Source of the DNA: Candidatus Dormiibacterota bacterium
GTDB taxonomy: Bacteria > Chloroflexota > Dormibacteria > Aeolococcales > Aeolococcaceae
Assembly: GCA_963848445.1 (NCBI GenBank)
Contig: CAWKDT010000005.1
Location: 172,355-236,354 of the forward strand
Direction: 5' to 3'
DNA: 64,000 nt
Shown: positions 1-9,360 of the stretch, in pieces
Position numbering within the stretch: position 1 is the first letter of the stretch
Layout: each line of letters opens with the position of its first letter
Position numbers and translations under genes: made by a program
Notes under the pieces: model-generated
What the model saw: the letters and a program-made list of their open reading frames with translations, nothing else
Told to the model about the DNA's origin: nothing
Database searches by the model: none

Positions 1-306
1 GTTGTGGATGACGTGGATGCGACCCGTGCAGTCCATGTGGGGATGGGCGTTCTCCACCGAAGGGCGGCCGTGGGTCGCCCACCGCGTGTGCCCGATGCCG
101 ACCGTGCCGGACGGCGTGCCCTCGTGCTCGACCTGGCGGACGAGGTCAGCGACCTTGTTCGTGTTCTTGACGGTGGAGACGTCACCGGACGAGTCGATGA
201 TCGCGATGCCGGCCGAGTCGTAGCCCCGGTATTCGAGGCGGCGCAGGCTGTCGAGCAGGATTGGCGCTGCGGGACGGGGGCCGGCGTAGCCGATGATGCC
301 GCACAT
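1..306 (-). CDS. glmS: Glutamine--fructose-6-phosphate aminotransferase, N-terminal 102 codons (gene runs off the window start)
   Basis: My reverse translation from the ATG at 304-306 gives [42 protein letters not shown]...[11 protein letters not shown]. This is the Cys2 Ntn-amidotransferase N-terminus typical of GlmS. It is not in the ORF track because it is open-ended. Confidence 0.85.
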   Translation of the reverse strand, partial: MCGIIGYAGPRPAAPILLDSLRRLEYRGYDSAGIAIIDSSGDVSTVKNTNKVADLVRQVEHEGTPSGTVGIGHTRWATHGRPSVENAHPHMDCTGRIHVIHN

Positions 307-340
307 GGGACCTCTCTGGAACGGCGACGGCGGGATCGCG

Positions 341-1312
341 TTACGGGCTGGGGCTCGGGGTCGGCGTGGGGGTCGGCGGCGGGGTCGGGAGGGCCGCCAC
401 CTCGATGGTCACGATGACCTTGTTCGGTGACGCGGTGACGCCCGCGGGCGGGAGGATGGTCACGGTTTCCGAGTACACACCGGTGATCCCGTTCAGGACG
501 ATGGTCGACGTCGTGACCGACTTCAGTGTGTTGAGGAGGTCCTGGGGGCCGGTGAGCACCACGGTCGGCGGGTTGGAGAAGATGCCGGCGAGGTAGTGGC
601 CCAGCGACGTGTTGCCCTCGGTGTGCGGGTACACGGCGACGGCGATCGTGGTCACAGCCGCCTGGATCGCGATGCTGACGCTGACCTGGCTGTGGTCGAT
701 CCCGACGTTGTTGAGCCGCGCGCCGCCCTTGGCGTAGACGAACACCCTGAGATCTGCCTGGTAGTTCGCCTTCTGGTTCGCGAGATCGACGGTCACGCGA
801 GCCTCCACGCCGGTCAGCTCGCGCTGTGGCCCCGTGAGGACCACGGTTGACGGCGTCGCCTGCTGGGGGCCGGGGTGATAGCCGGCCGGCGGCGGATTGG
901 TGACCACGATTGTCACGGGCACCGAGACGGAGACGAGCGTGTCGAGGTCGACGAGGATCTTCGTGGGCGGATCGATCAGCTCGATCCGCGAATTGGTCTT
1001 GGTGATTCTCAGTGGGATCGTGTACGTCCCCGCGTGGGTGGCCGCCGCCCAGTCCACGGTCGCGGTGAGCGCCGAAGGGGCGAGCGACGACAGCGTGTTC
1101 TGGTCGCCGCCGACCCGCACCTGGACGTCGACCAGCTTGTTGACGAGCACGAATCCGGAGGGGATGCTCTGCGGGTTCTCTATGGGCACGGTCAGAACGC
1201 GCGTGGTCGGCGGGTTGCCCGCGTACACGACACCGACCCACGTGACGAACGCGATCAGGACGCTGCCCGCCTTGAGCCGCGAGTTGCGCGTGATGAAGCC
1301 GGGAATCTTCAC
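341..1312 (-). CDS. cdaR: YbbR-domain protein (CdaR-like partner of CdaA) with N-terminal TM helix and Pro/Thr/Ser-rich C-terminal tail
   Basis: The translation has repeated YbbR-like beta modules (VSVPVTIVV...GYHPG..., VVLTGPQ..L). The TM helix is [16 protein letters not shown]. The GTG start at 1310-1312 overlaps the cdaA stop (GTGA). The position directly after cdaA matches the usual cdaA-cdaR arrangement. Confidence 0.75.
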   Translation of the reverse strand: MKIPGFITRNSRLKAGSVLIAFVTWVGVVYAGNPPTTRVLTVPIENPQSIPSGFVLVNKLVDVQVRVGGDQNTLSSLAPSALTATVDWAAATHAGTYTIPLRITKTNSRIELIDPPTKILVDLDTLVSVSVPVTIVVTNPPPAGYHPGPQQATPSTVVLTGPQRELTGVEARVTVDLANQKANYQADLRVFVYAKGGARLNNVGIDHSQVSVSIAIQAAVTTIAVAVYPHTEGNTSLGHYLAGIFSNPPTVVLTGPQDLLNTLKSVTTSTIVLNGITGVYSETVTILPPAGVTASPNKVIVTIEVAALPTPPPTPTPTPSPSP

Positions 1313-2178
1313 GGGTGGGAACGGCGTCCCAGCGTGCGCAGCGTCCCGACCCTGGCAAGCGGCCGGAGCATCGCGACGCGACCGGACCTGCCCTCCTTGG
1401 CGAGGAGCGTGATCACCATCTCGTGCAGCTTGGCCGAATCGAGGCCCCGGTAGATCTTGCCGTCGTGGGCGACGCTGATGAGGCCGGTCTCCTCGCTGAC
1501 GATGAGCACCACCGCGTCGCTCTGCATCGTGAGCCCGAGCGCGGCGCGGTGGCGCGTCCCCATCCGTCCGACGCCGGGAAGGGTCTCGGCAAGCGGGAGC
1601 ACGCACCCCGCCGCGACGAGCCGGTTCTCACGGATGATCACCGCCCCGTCGTGGAGCGGCGAGCCGGGGATGAAGATCGTTGCGAGCATCTCGGCGGTCA
1701 CCTCGCCGTTGATGTGCACGCCCGTCGCTGCGAGGTTCTCGAGCCCGGTCTCGCGCTCGAAGACGATCAGGGCCCCGACCTTCCGCTCGGCGAGCGACCC
1801 GGCGGCGCGGAGCACCTCGTCGACGATGCGTGAGAGCGCCACCTCGGGATGGCGTCCCAGCAGGGTGCGCACCGTTCCGAGCCTGCCCACCTGGTCGAGC
1901 GCGCGGCGCAGCTCGGGCTGGAAGAGGACGATCGCCGCGATGACGATCGCCTGCGTCCCATTGCTGAAGATGAACTCGAGCAGGCGGAGATGGAGGAGCT
2001 GCGCCGCCCAGCCCACCACGAAGATGATGCCGAGACCGAGCAGCAGCTGCACCGCCTGGGTGCCGCGGATGAGCTTGAGGAGCTGGTAGAGCAGGAACGC
2101 GACCACCAGGACGTCGAGGCCGTCGCGCCAGCTGAGGCTCTGCAGGAAGAAGTGCGCATTGCGCAGGAAATCGCTCAC
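1309..2178 (-). CDS. cdaA: Diadenylate cyclase CdaA (three N-terminal TM helices plus DAC domain)
   Basis: The translation contains SPLHDGAVII and GTRHRAALG (the DGA and RHR motifs of DAC domains) after three hydrophobic helices. The GTG start at 2176-2178 overlaps the argF stop. Confidence 0.85.
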   Translation of the reverse strand: MSDFLRNAHFFLQSLSWRDGLDVLVVAFLLYQLLKLIRGTQAVQLLLGLGIIFVVGWAAQLLHLRLLEFIFSNGTQAIVIAAIVLFQPELRRALDQVGRLGTVRTLLGRHPEVALSRIVDEVLRAAGSLAERKVGALIVFERETGLENLAATGVHINGEVTAEMLATIFIPGSPLHDGAVIIRENRLVAAGCVLPLAETLPGVGRMGTRHRAALGLTMQSDAVVLIVSEETGLISVAHDGKIYRGLDSAKLHEMVITLLAKEGRSGRVAMLRPLARVGTLRTLGRRSHP

Positions 2179-3131
2179 GCGGCGACCTCGACGTCGTCGC
2201 GCGCATAGATGAGCGCGAGCAGCGCCTGCTGCACCCACAGGCGGTTCTCCGCCTGGTCGAAGACGATCGAATGCGGGCCATCCATCACCGAGTCGGTGAT
2301 CTCCTCGCCGCGATGCGCGGGCAGGCAGTGCATCACCCTGACGGCGGGCGGCGCGCCGGCGATGAGCGCATCATTCACCTGCAGCCCCGCGAAATCCTCG
2401 CGACGCCGCTGCTGCTCGGTCTCCTGACCCATGCTCGTCCAGACGTCCGTGTAGATGATGTCGGCGTTCTCCAGCGCCGGCGCCGCCTGGTGGCCGATCT
2501 CGAACACCGTGTCCCGGTCGCGAAACCCAGCCGCCCGCTGCAGGACCGCGGGCGACGGCTCGTACCCGGGTGGGCAAACAACGTGGAGGTGCACGCCGAG
2601 CCGCGCGGCCGCATAGATCCATGACGTGCACACGTTGTTGCCGTCGCCGATGTACGCGACGGTGGCGCCGGCGAGCCGCCCCGTGGCCGACCGTACGGTC
2701 ATGCAGTCCGCGAGGACCTGACAGGGATGCTCGACATCGGTGAGCGCGTTGATCACCGGCGCGGCGGCCGCACCCGCGATCGTGACCAGGTCCCGGTGCG
2801 ACACCAGGCGGGCGACGATCCCGTCGGCGTACCGGTCGAGGATGCGGCTGATGTCGGCGGCCGACTCGCGCTCGCCGAGCTGCACCTCGGGGTTGAACAG
2901 CGGGATCGGGTGGCCGCCGAGACGATGGATGGCGACCTCGAACGACACCCGGGTGCGGTTGCTCGGGCGCTGGAAGATGAGCGCCATCGACCGGCCCAGC
3001 AGCGGGCGGCCGAGGTCGCTGCCCGACTTGGCTGCGTCTGCCAGGTCGAGGACGGCGATGATCTCGTCGTTGCTGAGGTCGGCAATGCTGAGCAGGTCGC
3101 GGCCGGCGAGCGATGCGGTCATCCAGCCCAT
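2175..3131 (-). CDS. argF: Ornithine carbamoyltransferase
   Basis: Motifs present are SNRTRVSFE (SxRTR), HPCQ and HCLPAHRGEE. The start is taken at MGWMTASLAGRDLL (3131); the ATG at 3122 is equally possible. The longer ORF-track N-terminus looks non-coding. Confidence 0.85.
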   Translation of the reverse strand: MGWMTASLAGRDLLSIADLSNDEIIAVLDLADAAKSGSDLGRPLLGRSMALIFQRPSNRTRVSFEVAIHRLGGHPIPLFNPEVQLGERESAADISRILDRYADGIVARLVSHRDLVTIAGAAAAPVINALTDVEHPCQVLADCMTVRSATGRLAGATVAYIGDGNNVCTSWIYAAARLGVHLHVVCPPGYEPSPAVLQRAAGFRDRDTVFEIGHQAAPALENADIIYTDVWTSMGQETEQQRRREDFAGLQVNDALIAGAPPAVRVMHCLPAHRGEEITDSVMDGPHSIVFDQAENRLWVQQALLALIYARDDVEVAA

Positions 3132-3210
3132 ATGGTTGCACCGCCGCGGGGAATGCGCGCCCCGTGCGAAAACGTCACGCCCCCGGTGACACACGCTATA
3201 CCGTGCGCTG

Positions 3211-4215
3211 GTGGACATCGCGGTCGTCGTCACCGGCGGGGTTGCGGAGACCCTGCAGTCGACCCCCCTGCTGCGCACGCTGCGCGCCGGGCTCCCGACC
3301 ACGCGGATCACCCTCATCTGCCCCGCCACGGCTGCGGAGGTGGCCGACGGCATCCCCCCGGTCGACCAGGTCATCCCGCTGCGGGAGCTCGTGGGTTCCC
3401 ACCGGGGCGGGATCCGCCTGTGGCTGGCACTGCGCAGGCTGCGCCTCGACGCCGTCTTCGTCTGCGCCTCGGGGACGCTGCCGACCATGGCGGCGTACTT
3501 CGCCGGGGTCGCCGAGCGCTACGGCGCCGGCGGCGGCGTGCGCAACCTGCTGCTCACGGGCCGCGTCACCGCGGGACGGACCGAGAATCGAGCCCAGACC
3601 TGGCTCCGGCTCGCCCAGGTCGCGGGCATCCATCAGGAGATCCACAGCCCGGTCTTCGAGCCCGGCCCCGAGGCGCGCCGGCGCGCCGAGCGCGTGCTCC
3701 ACGGCACCGGGCTGGCCGACGGACGCCTGCTCGTGGCGATCGCACCCGGCACCGGCTTCGCTGAGAACGGCGCCGCGTCCACGGCGACCGCCTGGGATCC
3801 GGAACGCTGGGCGCACCTCGCCAACCAGCTGGCCCAGCGGCACGGTGCCGGCATCCTCCTCGTGGGCTCGCCGAACGATCGATATGCTGCCGAGCGAACC
3901 AGGATGGACCTTCGCGCCGATGCCACCGACCTGGTCGGGGAGATCGATCTCTCGACGCTCGCCGGCGTGATCGCGCGGTGCGACCTGCTGGTGGGCAGCG
4001 ACACGCCGCTGCTGCAGCTCGCCGCGGCGATGGGTACCCCGACCGTCGGGCTCTTCGGGCCCACCGACGGCGCGCGGCGCGGCGCCTACGGCAGCGCGCA
4101 CCGTGTGGTGCAGGCGCTGGCTCCTCCGAAGTTCGAGGAGTTGCCTCCGAACCGCGCGACGATGGATCAGATCCGCGTGGACGACGTGCTCGCCGGGATC
4201 GAAGCGACCCTCTAA
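3211..4215 (+). CDS. Glycosyltransferase family 9 (heptosyltransferase-like)
   Basis: The C-terminal GSDTPLLQLAAAMGTPTVGLFGPTD and the overall 330-aa layout are typical of GT9. The start is GTG. Confidence 0.7.
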   Translation: MDIAVVVTGGVAETLQSTPLLRTLRAGLPTTRITLICPATAAEVADGIPPVDQVIPLRELVGSHRGGIRLWLALRRLRLDAVFVCASGTLPTMAAYFAGVAERYGAGGGVRNLLLTGRVTAGRTENRAQTWLRLAQVAGIHQEIHSPVFEPGPEARRRAERVLHGTGLADGRLLVAIAPGTGFAENGAASTATAWDPERWAHLANQLAQRHGAGILLVGSPNDRYAAERTRMDLRADATDLVGEIDLSTLAGVIARCDLLVGSDTPLLQLAAAMGTPTVGLFGPTDGARRGAYGSAHRVVQALAPPKFEELPPNRATMDQIRVDDVLAGIEATL

Positions 4216-4251
4216 GTCATCCGACCGTGTGCCTTCCCCGTGAAGAGGCCC

Positions 4252-5250
4252 TCAGCGGATGTACATCAGAGCGCGCTTGAGGACGTCGAGGTTGTCGAGC
4301 GCGTAGCCGGTCCCCCGCACGGCGCAGAGGTGGGGCTGGCTGTCGCGGTGCACCTCGAGCCCGGTCGCGGTGGCGATCGCCCGGTCGAGGCCCTCGAGGC
4401 GGCCGCCGCCCCCGCACAGGATCACCCCCTCGCGCTCGATGTCGGTGATCAGCCGGGCGGGCGTGTCCGCGAGCACCGCCTCGATGCCGGCGAGGATCGG
4501 CCGCACGTGGGCATCAAGGCACGGGGCCAGCTCCGTGGAGGTAATCGTGAGCGCAGCCTCTCCCTCGGCGGTCCGGCCCTTGACCTCCAGACGTCGCTCC
4601 TCGTGCGATCCGACCCGGGCGAGCGAGGCGATCACGTCCTCGACCGTCGCCGCGTCGAGGGTCGCGCCGTGCTCGGCGCGGACGTGGTCGGCGACCGCCT
4701 GGTGCAGGCGAGCTCCGCCGTGGCCCGCGAGGCAGCGCCCGCTCACCGTCCCCTCGAGGGCGAGCGTGGCGATGTCGGTCTTGCCCGCCCCGATGTCGAC
4801 CACCATGTGGCCGTTGGGGCCGCTGAGGCGGACCCCCGCGCCCATGGCGGCGGCGAGCGGGGCGTCGAGGAGGTACGCGGTGCGGGCACCCGCGAGCGCC
4901 GCGGCCTCGAGGAGCGACCGGCGCTGCCCGCCGGGGAGCGCCGACATCACCGCGATGACCACGTCCGGCTTGAAGATCCGCTGGCGTCCGACAGCCCGGA
5001 TCATCGCGTGGTTGACGAGCCACCGCGCGGCGGCGGGATCGGCGATCTCCCCGCCCGCGATCGGGCGGCTCAGCCGGAACTCGGAGTCGGCCGCCGCCGC
5101 CTCGACGGCGGTGGTGCCGAACAGCGTGGCGTGGGCCTCACCACCCCGCACCGCCACCGCGGTCGGCTCGCTGCCGATCATCCCCTCGCCCTTGACGATG
5201 ATCCGGGTGGTCGTCGTGCCGAGGTCGATGCCGACCTTCTTGCCCAGCAT
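4252..5250 (-). CDS. mreB: Rod-shape-determining actin homologue MreB
   Basis: The N-terminus KKVGIDLGTTTTRI is the phosphate-1 motif. DIGAGKTDIA and ILCGGGGRLEGLD are also present. Length is 332 aa. Confidence 0.8.
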   Translation of the reverse strand: MLGKKVGIDLGTTTTRIIVKGEGMIGSEPTAVAVRGGEAHATLFGTTAVEAAAADSEFRLSRPIAGGEIADPAAARWLVNHAMIRAVGRQRIFKPDVVIAVMSALPGGQRRSLLEAAALAGARTAYLLDAPLAAAMGAGVRLSGPNGHMVVDIGAGKTDIATLALEGTVSGRCLAGHGGARLHQAVADHVRAEHGATLDAATVEDVIASLARVGSHEERRLEVKGRTAEGEAALTITSTELAPCLDAHVRPILAGIEAVLADTPARLITDIEREGVILCGGGGRLEGLDRAIATATGLEVHRDSQPHLCAVRGTGYALDNLDVLKRALMYIR

Positions 5251-5263
5251 CGCTCCGCCGCCC

Positions 5264-6568
5264 TCAGTCGCCGATCACACCGGTGAGGTCGCGGACCTCG
5301 GTCCCCGGCTCACCGGAGGTCACCAGCTCCACGTCGGCGCCGACCGCGGCGAGCTTCGCCTCGAGGTCGTCATAGCCGCGCTCGAGGTGGTAGACGTTGT
5401 CCAGCTCGGTGGTCCCGTCGGCGCACAGGCCGGCGATCACCAGTGCTGCGCCGCTGCGGATGTCGGGGATGCTCATCCTCGTGCCGCGCAGCCTCGACGG
5501 GCCCGTGATCACGGCGCTGCGCCCGTCGACACCGATGTGCGCGCCCATCTGCTGCAGCGCGGCGACGTGTCGGAAGCGATTCTCGTAGAGCGCCTCGCTG
5601 ATCACGCTGATCCCGGTCGCCTGGGTCATCAGCGCGCAGAACTGCGGCTGCATGTCGGTGGCGAAGCCGGGGTGCGTCCAGGTGGTCACGTCGACGCTGC
5701 GCAGGTCCGTGCAGCGCACCTGCACGTGATGGGCGCCCTCGACGATGTCGCACCCGGCGGCGCGCAGCTTGTTCAGCAGGAAGCGCACATCGGTGGGCCG
5801 CATCTGGTCGACGATGAGGTCGCCGCGCGTCGCGGCCGCGGCGATCATGTACGTGCCGGCTTCGATGTAGTCGGCGGTGATGTCGTGGGTGGTGCCGTGG
5901 AGCAGGCCGCCGCTGCCCTCGACGACGATCAGCTCGGTGCCCACGCCGGTGACGTGCGCGCCCATCCCCACCAGGCAGCGGGCGAGGTCGTAGACGTGCG
6001 GCTCGCGCGCCGCGTTGCTGATCACGGTGATGCCCTCGGCGAGGACCGCGGCCATCATGAGGTTCTCGGTCCCGGTGACGGTCGGCATGTCGAGGTCGAT
6101 GCGGGCGCCGTGCAGCCGCCGCGCCCTGGCGACGTAGGAGTCCTCCCGCTCCTCCACCTCCGCGCCCATGAGCCTGAGGCCCTCGAGGTGCTGCTCGACA
6201 CGGCGCATCCCGATGTCGTCACCGCCCGGCTTGGCGATGCTCGCCTCCCCGGCGCGCCCGAGGAGCGCGCCGAGCAGCAGGAAGGAGCCGCGCATCCGCC
6301 TGCTCAACCCGGCGTCGACCTGGGTGGTGCGCAGGTCGGCGGCGCAGAGGCGCCAGGTGTGCCGGTCCGGGTGCTCGATGGCGACCCCCACGTGCTCGAG
6401 CATCGTCGCCATCGTCGAGATGTCCTCTATGTCGGGGACGTTGCCCAGCTCGACCTGCTGATCGGTGAGCAGCGCCGCGGCCATCACGGGGAGCGACGCA
6501 TTCTTGCTCCCGGAGATCGCCACCCGCCCCTCGAGGCGGCGGCCACCGCGAATGCGCAGCAGTTCCAT
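5264..6568 (-). CDS. murA: UDP-N-acetylglucosamine 1-carboxyvinyltransferase
   Basis: The translation starts [34 protein letters not shown]. Its 434-aa EPSP-synthase-like layout is typical of MurA. Confidence 0.9.
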   Translation of the reverse strand: MELLRIRGGRRLEGRVAISGSKNASLPVMAAALLTDQQVELGNVPDIEDISTMATMLEHVGVAIEHPDRHTWRLCAADLRTTQVDAGLSRRMRGSFLLLGALLGRAGEASIAKPGGDDIGMRRVEQHLEGLRLMGAEVEEREDSYVARARRLHGARIDLDMPTVTGTENLMMAAVLAEGITVISNAAREPHVYDLARCLVGMGAHVTGVGTELIVVEGSGGLLHGTTHDITADYIEAGTYMIAAAATRGDLIVDQMRPTDVRFLLNKLRAAGCDIVEGAHHVQVRCTDLRSVDVTTWTHPGFATDMQPQFCALMTQATGISVISEALYENRFRHVAALQQMGAHIGVDGRSAVITGPSRLRGTRMSIPDIRSGAALVIAGLCADGTTELDNVYHLERGYDDLEAKLAAVGADVELVTSGEPGTEVRDLTGVIGD

Positions 6569-6665
6569 CGCCTCGTACCGTACTCGACGGCGGACGGTGG
6601 CGGCGGACGGGGTAGATTAGGCTCAGGCGATCCAGACGGGCCGCCGAGAGTCATCGGGAGAAACC

Positions 6666-7742
6666 ATGGCAACCGCAACGCTTCCCTCCACCAGCACCTT
6701 CGAGCAGTTGCTCGGCGATCAGGCCTCCACCCTCCTCGACCACCACTGCGAAGGAGTCCCGAAGGCGACCCTGCACCTCCCGGGACCGGACTTCATCGAT
6801 CGGACCTGGATGGGCAGCGACCGCTCAAGCCGCGTGCTGCGCAACCTCGCGAGCCTCTACGAGCACGGGCGGCTCGCCGGCACCGGCTACCTCTCGATCC
6901 TCCCCGTCGACCAGGGCATCGAGCACTCGGCGGGCGCCTCGTTCGCGCCGAACCCGGAGTACTTCGACCCCGAGAAGATCGTCGAGCTCGCGGTCGAGGG
7001 GGGCTGCAACGCGGTCGCCTCCACCTTCGGCGTGCTCGGAGCGGTCTCGCGGCGCTGGGCGCACCGCATCCCGTTCATCGCCAAGATCAACCACAACGAG
7101 CTGCTGACGTATCCGAACAAGTTCGATCAGATCATGTTCGGGACGGTCAAGGAGGCGTGGAACCTCGGCGCGGTCGCGGTCGGCGCCACCATCTACTTCG
7201 GCTCGGACGAGGCCGACCGGCAGCTGCAGGAGGTCGCCGTCGCGTTCGCGCAGGCGCACGAGCTCGGCATGGCGACGGTGCTGTGGTGCTACCTGCGCAA
7301 CAGCGCATTCAAGAAGGACGGCATCGACTACGCGGTGGCCGCCGACCTCACCGGCCAGGCCAATCATCTCGGTGTCACGATCGAGGCCGACATCATCAAG
7401 CAGAAGCTGCCGACCACCAACGGCGGCTTCGTGGCGCTCAACTTCGGCAAGACCGCGGACACGGTGTACACGAAGCTGACGTCGGACCATCCGATCGATC
7501 TCTGCCGTTACCAGGTGCTCAACTGCTACGCGGGACGCGTCGGGCTGATCAACTCAGGCGGTGAGTCCGTCGGCGCCGGCGACCTCGCCGCGGCGGTGCG
7601 CACCGCGGTGATCAACAAGCGTGCCGGGGGCACGGGACTGATCAGCGGCCGCAAGGCATTTCAGAGGCCGATGCACGATGGGATCGAGCTGCTGAACGCG
7701 ATCCAGGACGTGTACCTGAACGACAGCGTCACCATCGCGTAG
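6666..7742 (+). CDS. Class I fructose-bisphosphate aldolase (DhnA/FbaB type)
   Basis: Characteristic segments are [24 protein letters not shown] and [11 protein letters not shown] at about 358 aa, which resembles the E. coli FbaB family. An RBS-like GGGAGA lies upstream. Confidence 0.75.
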   Translation: MATATLPSTSTFEQLLGDQASTLLDHHCEGVPKATLHLPGPDFIDRTWMGSDRSSRVLRNLASLYEHGRLAGTGYLSILPVDQGIEHSAGASFAPNPEYFDPEKIVELAVEGGCNAVASTFGVLGAVSRRWAHRIPFIAKINHNELLTYPNKFDQIMFGTVKEAWNLGAVAVGATIYFGSDEADRQLQEVAVAFAQAHELGMATVLWCYLRNSAFKKDGIDYAVAADLTGQANHLGVTIEADIIKQKLPTTNGGFVALNFGKTADTVYTKLTSDHPIDLCRYQVLNCYAGRVGLINSGGESVGAGDLAAAVRTAVINKRAGGTGLISGRKAFQRPMHDGIELLNAIQDVYLNDSVTIA

Positions 7743-7764
7743 CTCGCGCGAGGCGATCACACCC

Positions 7765-8262
7765 GTGCAGTACGACGAAATTCCTCGCAATGACGACGAG
7801 CGGTCGACGCTGCTCGCCTTCCTCGAGTGGCAGCGCGAGACACTCGCGCGCAAGTGCGAGGGTCTTGACGCGGAGCAGTTGCGCACGCGGTCTGCGCCGC
7901 CGTCGACCCTGTCGTTGCTCGGTCTCGTGCGCCATATGGCCGACGTCGAGCGTGGCTGGTTCCGCTGCACGCTTGCCGGCGAGGACCTCCCCGAGATCTA
8001 CTCCTCCGAGGAGGATGTCGACGGGGATTTCGACAACGTCGACACGGCCGACGTCGACGAGGCGTTCGCGACGTGGCGCGACGAGTGCGCGCGTGCCGAC
8101 GACATCGTGTCGCGGCGCGCGCTCGAGGCGACCGGCTTTCAGCGCACCGGGCGCGAGGTCTCGATGCGCTGGATCCTCAACCACATGATCGAGGAATACT
8201 CGCGCCACAACGGCCACGCGGACCTGCTCCGCGAACGGATCGACGGCGCGACCGGCTACTGA
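7765..8262 (+). CDS. DinB-like / DUF664 family protein
   Basis: ERSTLLAFLEWQRETLARKCEGL...LSLLGLVRHMADVERGWF...HMIEEYSRHNGHADLLRERIDG matches the DUF664 (mini-circle/DinB_2-like) pattern as I recall it. Confidence 0.7.
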   Translation: MQYDEIPRNDDERSTLLAFLEWQRETLARKCEGLDAEQLRTRSAPPSTLSLLGLVRHMADVERGWFRCTLAGEDLPEIYSSEEDVDGDFDNVDTADVDEAFATWRDECARADDIVSRRALEATGFQRTGREVSMRWILNHMIEEYSRHNGHADLLRERIDGATGY

Positions 8263-8606
8263 GAGCATTCACCCTCCGTGCGGTCGTCGAGTGACTGCAT
8301 GCTGGCGTGGTCAGCGCATATGACTTCGAGCGTCCATCCCTGCGACGTGAATGCGCGCCGAATCTTGCCGATGATGTCTTCACGGTCCCTATCGCTCACT
8401 ACCTGGTTCTCGTGCGGTGGAAGCCACGCCCGGATCGAAGTGCCGTACAGAGCCATAGCACCCGGAGTCGCTAGGGCCTCCGAATCAATGACCATGGTGC
8501 GCCCCTCGTCGATGTATCTCAGCCCTGTCCGACCGAGAACTTCCACCGAATACCGCTCGTCACTCTCAACCAGGTTTGGTCGTGGTGACGAGAAACCCTC
8601 CGGCAT
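8256..8606 (-). CDS. Hypothetical small soluble protein (orphan; lower GC than flanks)
   Basis: A 116-aa ORF with protein-like composition (RYSVEVLGRTGLRYIDEGRTMVIDSEAL...SIRAWLPPHE...DIIGKIRRAFTSQGWTLEV). It converges on and overlaps the DinB-like gene by 7 nt. I recognised no family. Confidence 0.45.
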   Translation of the reverse strand: MPEGFSSPRPNLVESDERYSVEVLGRTGLRYIDEGRTMVIDSEALATPGAMALYGTSIRAWLPPHENQVVSDRDREDIIGKIRRAFTSQGWTLEVICADHASMQSLDDRTEGECSQ

Positions 8607-8640
8607 ACGTATCAGCCCTCCACAAGCCTGCCTGTAACGG

Positions 8641-9030
8641 GTGCCTCGTCAAGATACATTCGTAGATGCTGGCGTGGCCGATGGCGATGTCCCTCAAGGA
8701 CGTGCCGAAGCGGTTACTCCCCGGACGGCCGGCGAGCACCCGGCCTACCCTCGCGGGGTGTCCAAGGGCCTGCTGCGCTACGCTCCCGTCACCCTCGCTG
8801 CGGCGCTCGCAGCACTGTTGTACGAGCAGACTGCCAGCGAATTCATTCGCCAGCCGTCGTTTCAGTTCGTGTACCTCGTTGTTTTCCCCACGCTGGCGAT
8901 CGCCGTAGGGTTCGTCACCTACCGCTTAGCAGGCAGGAACCTCTTCCGCGCCTGTTTGGCAGGGGTCTGTTGCGCTCTCGTCCTCGAGGTATTCGCCGCA
9001 CTTATCGTTGGGCTTGCGGGGGCGGTGTAA
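8641..9030 (+). CDS. Hypothetical membrane protein (about 3 predicted TM helices)
   Basis: The hydrophobic stretches are VTLAAALAALLY, FVYLVVFPTLAIAVGFVTY and LAGVCCALVLEVFAALIVGLAG. The start is uncertain and I recognised no family. Confidence 0.3.
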   Translation: MPRQDTFVDAGVADGDVPQGRAEAVTPRTAGEHPAYPRGVSKGLLRYAPVTLAAALAALLYEQTASEFIRQPSFQFVYLVVFPTLAIAVGFVTYRLAGRNLFRACLAGVCCALVLEVFAALIVGLAGAV

Positions 9031-9346
9031 CCGGTTCTGCAGTCCTACAAACGACCCGCCGTGTGGGCTTCGGCTGGGGTAGGTTGGCGGACGCTCGCCT
9101 GGGCCACGTGCTCGCCTCCTGGGGGAGGCGTATGAATTGGCCGCGGCCGGCGAAGGGCGCCGCAGTACATCTGGTTCGGTGTACTCACCATTGGAACCGT
9201 GGTTTGGCCTCTGGTTGATCGTCTCGGATCACATCCGCTCAGTGGTCACAACCCGACGCTACTCGCGCCTAGACCAGCGGCACACGAGACGTTATTGCCG
9301 GAACTGGCGAGAACCTGTCCTCGGGGTGGATCGTACGTTGCGGCGG

Positions 9347-9360
9347 CGAACAGATGTTTG
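9347..9360 (+). promoter_or_regulatory. SOS-box-like operator CGAACAGATGTTTG inside a TTGCGG-N18-(TGc)TACAAT promoter
   Basis: The sequence is one mismatch from the Gram-positive/actinobacterial LexA consensus CGAAC-N4-GTTCG. It lies between a -35-like TTGCGG (9338-9343) and an extended -10 TGcTACAAT (9359-9367), just upstream of or overlapping the HNH gene start. A near-identical copy sits at 14874-14887. Confidence 0.45.

Noticed and set aside
307-340. Possible glmS ribozyme or other leader upstream of glmS.
   Set aside because: Only 34 nt separate the cdaR-like stop from the glmS ATG. That is too short for the ribozyme, and no conserved core is visible.
4370-7564. A very long ORF (1064 aa) on the plus strand spanning mreB, murA and the aldolase gene. 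Similar giant ORFs occur at 9246-11363, 14523-16259, 17800-19146, 33079-35157, 38532-40442, 56000-57439 and 59557-61197 (upstream part).
   Set aside because: They run antisense to, or out of frame with, genes that have unmistakable family motifs. Their translations are Arg/Pro/Gly/Ala-rich low-complexity strings typical of shadow ORFs in GC-rich DNA.
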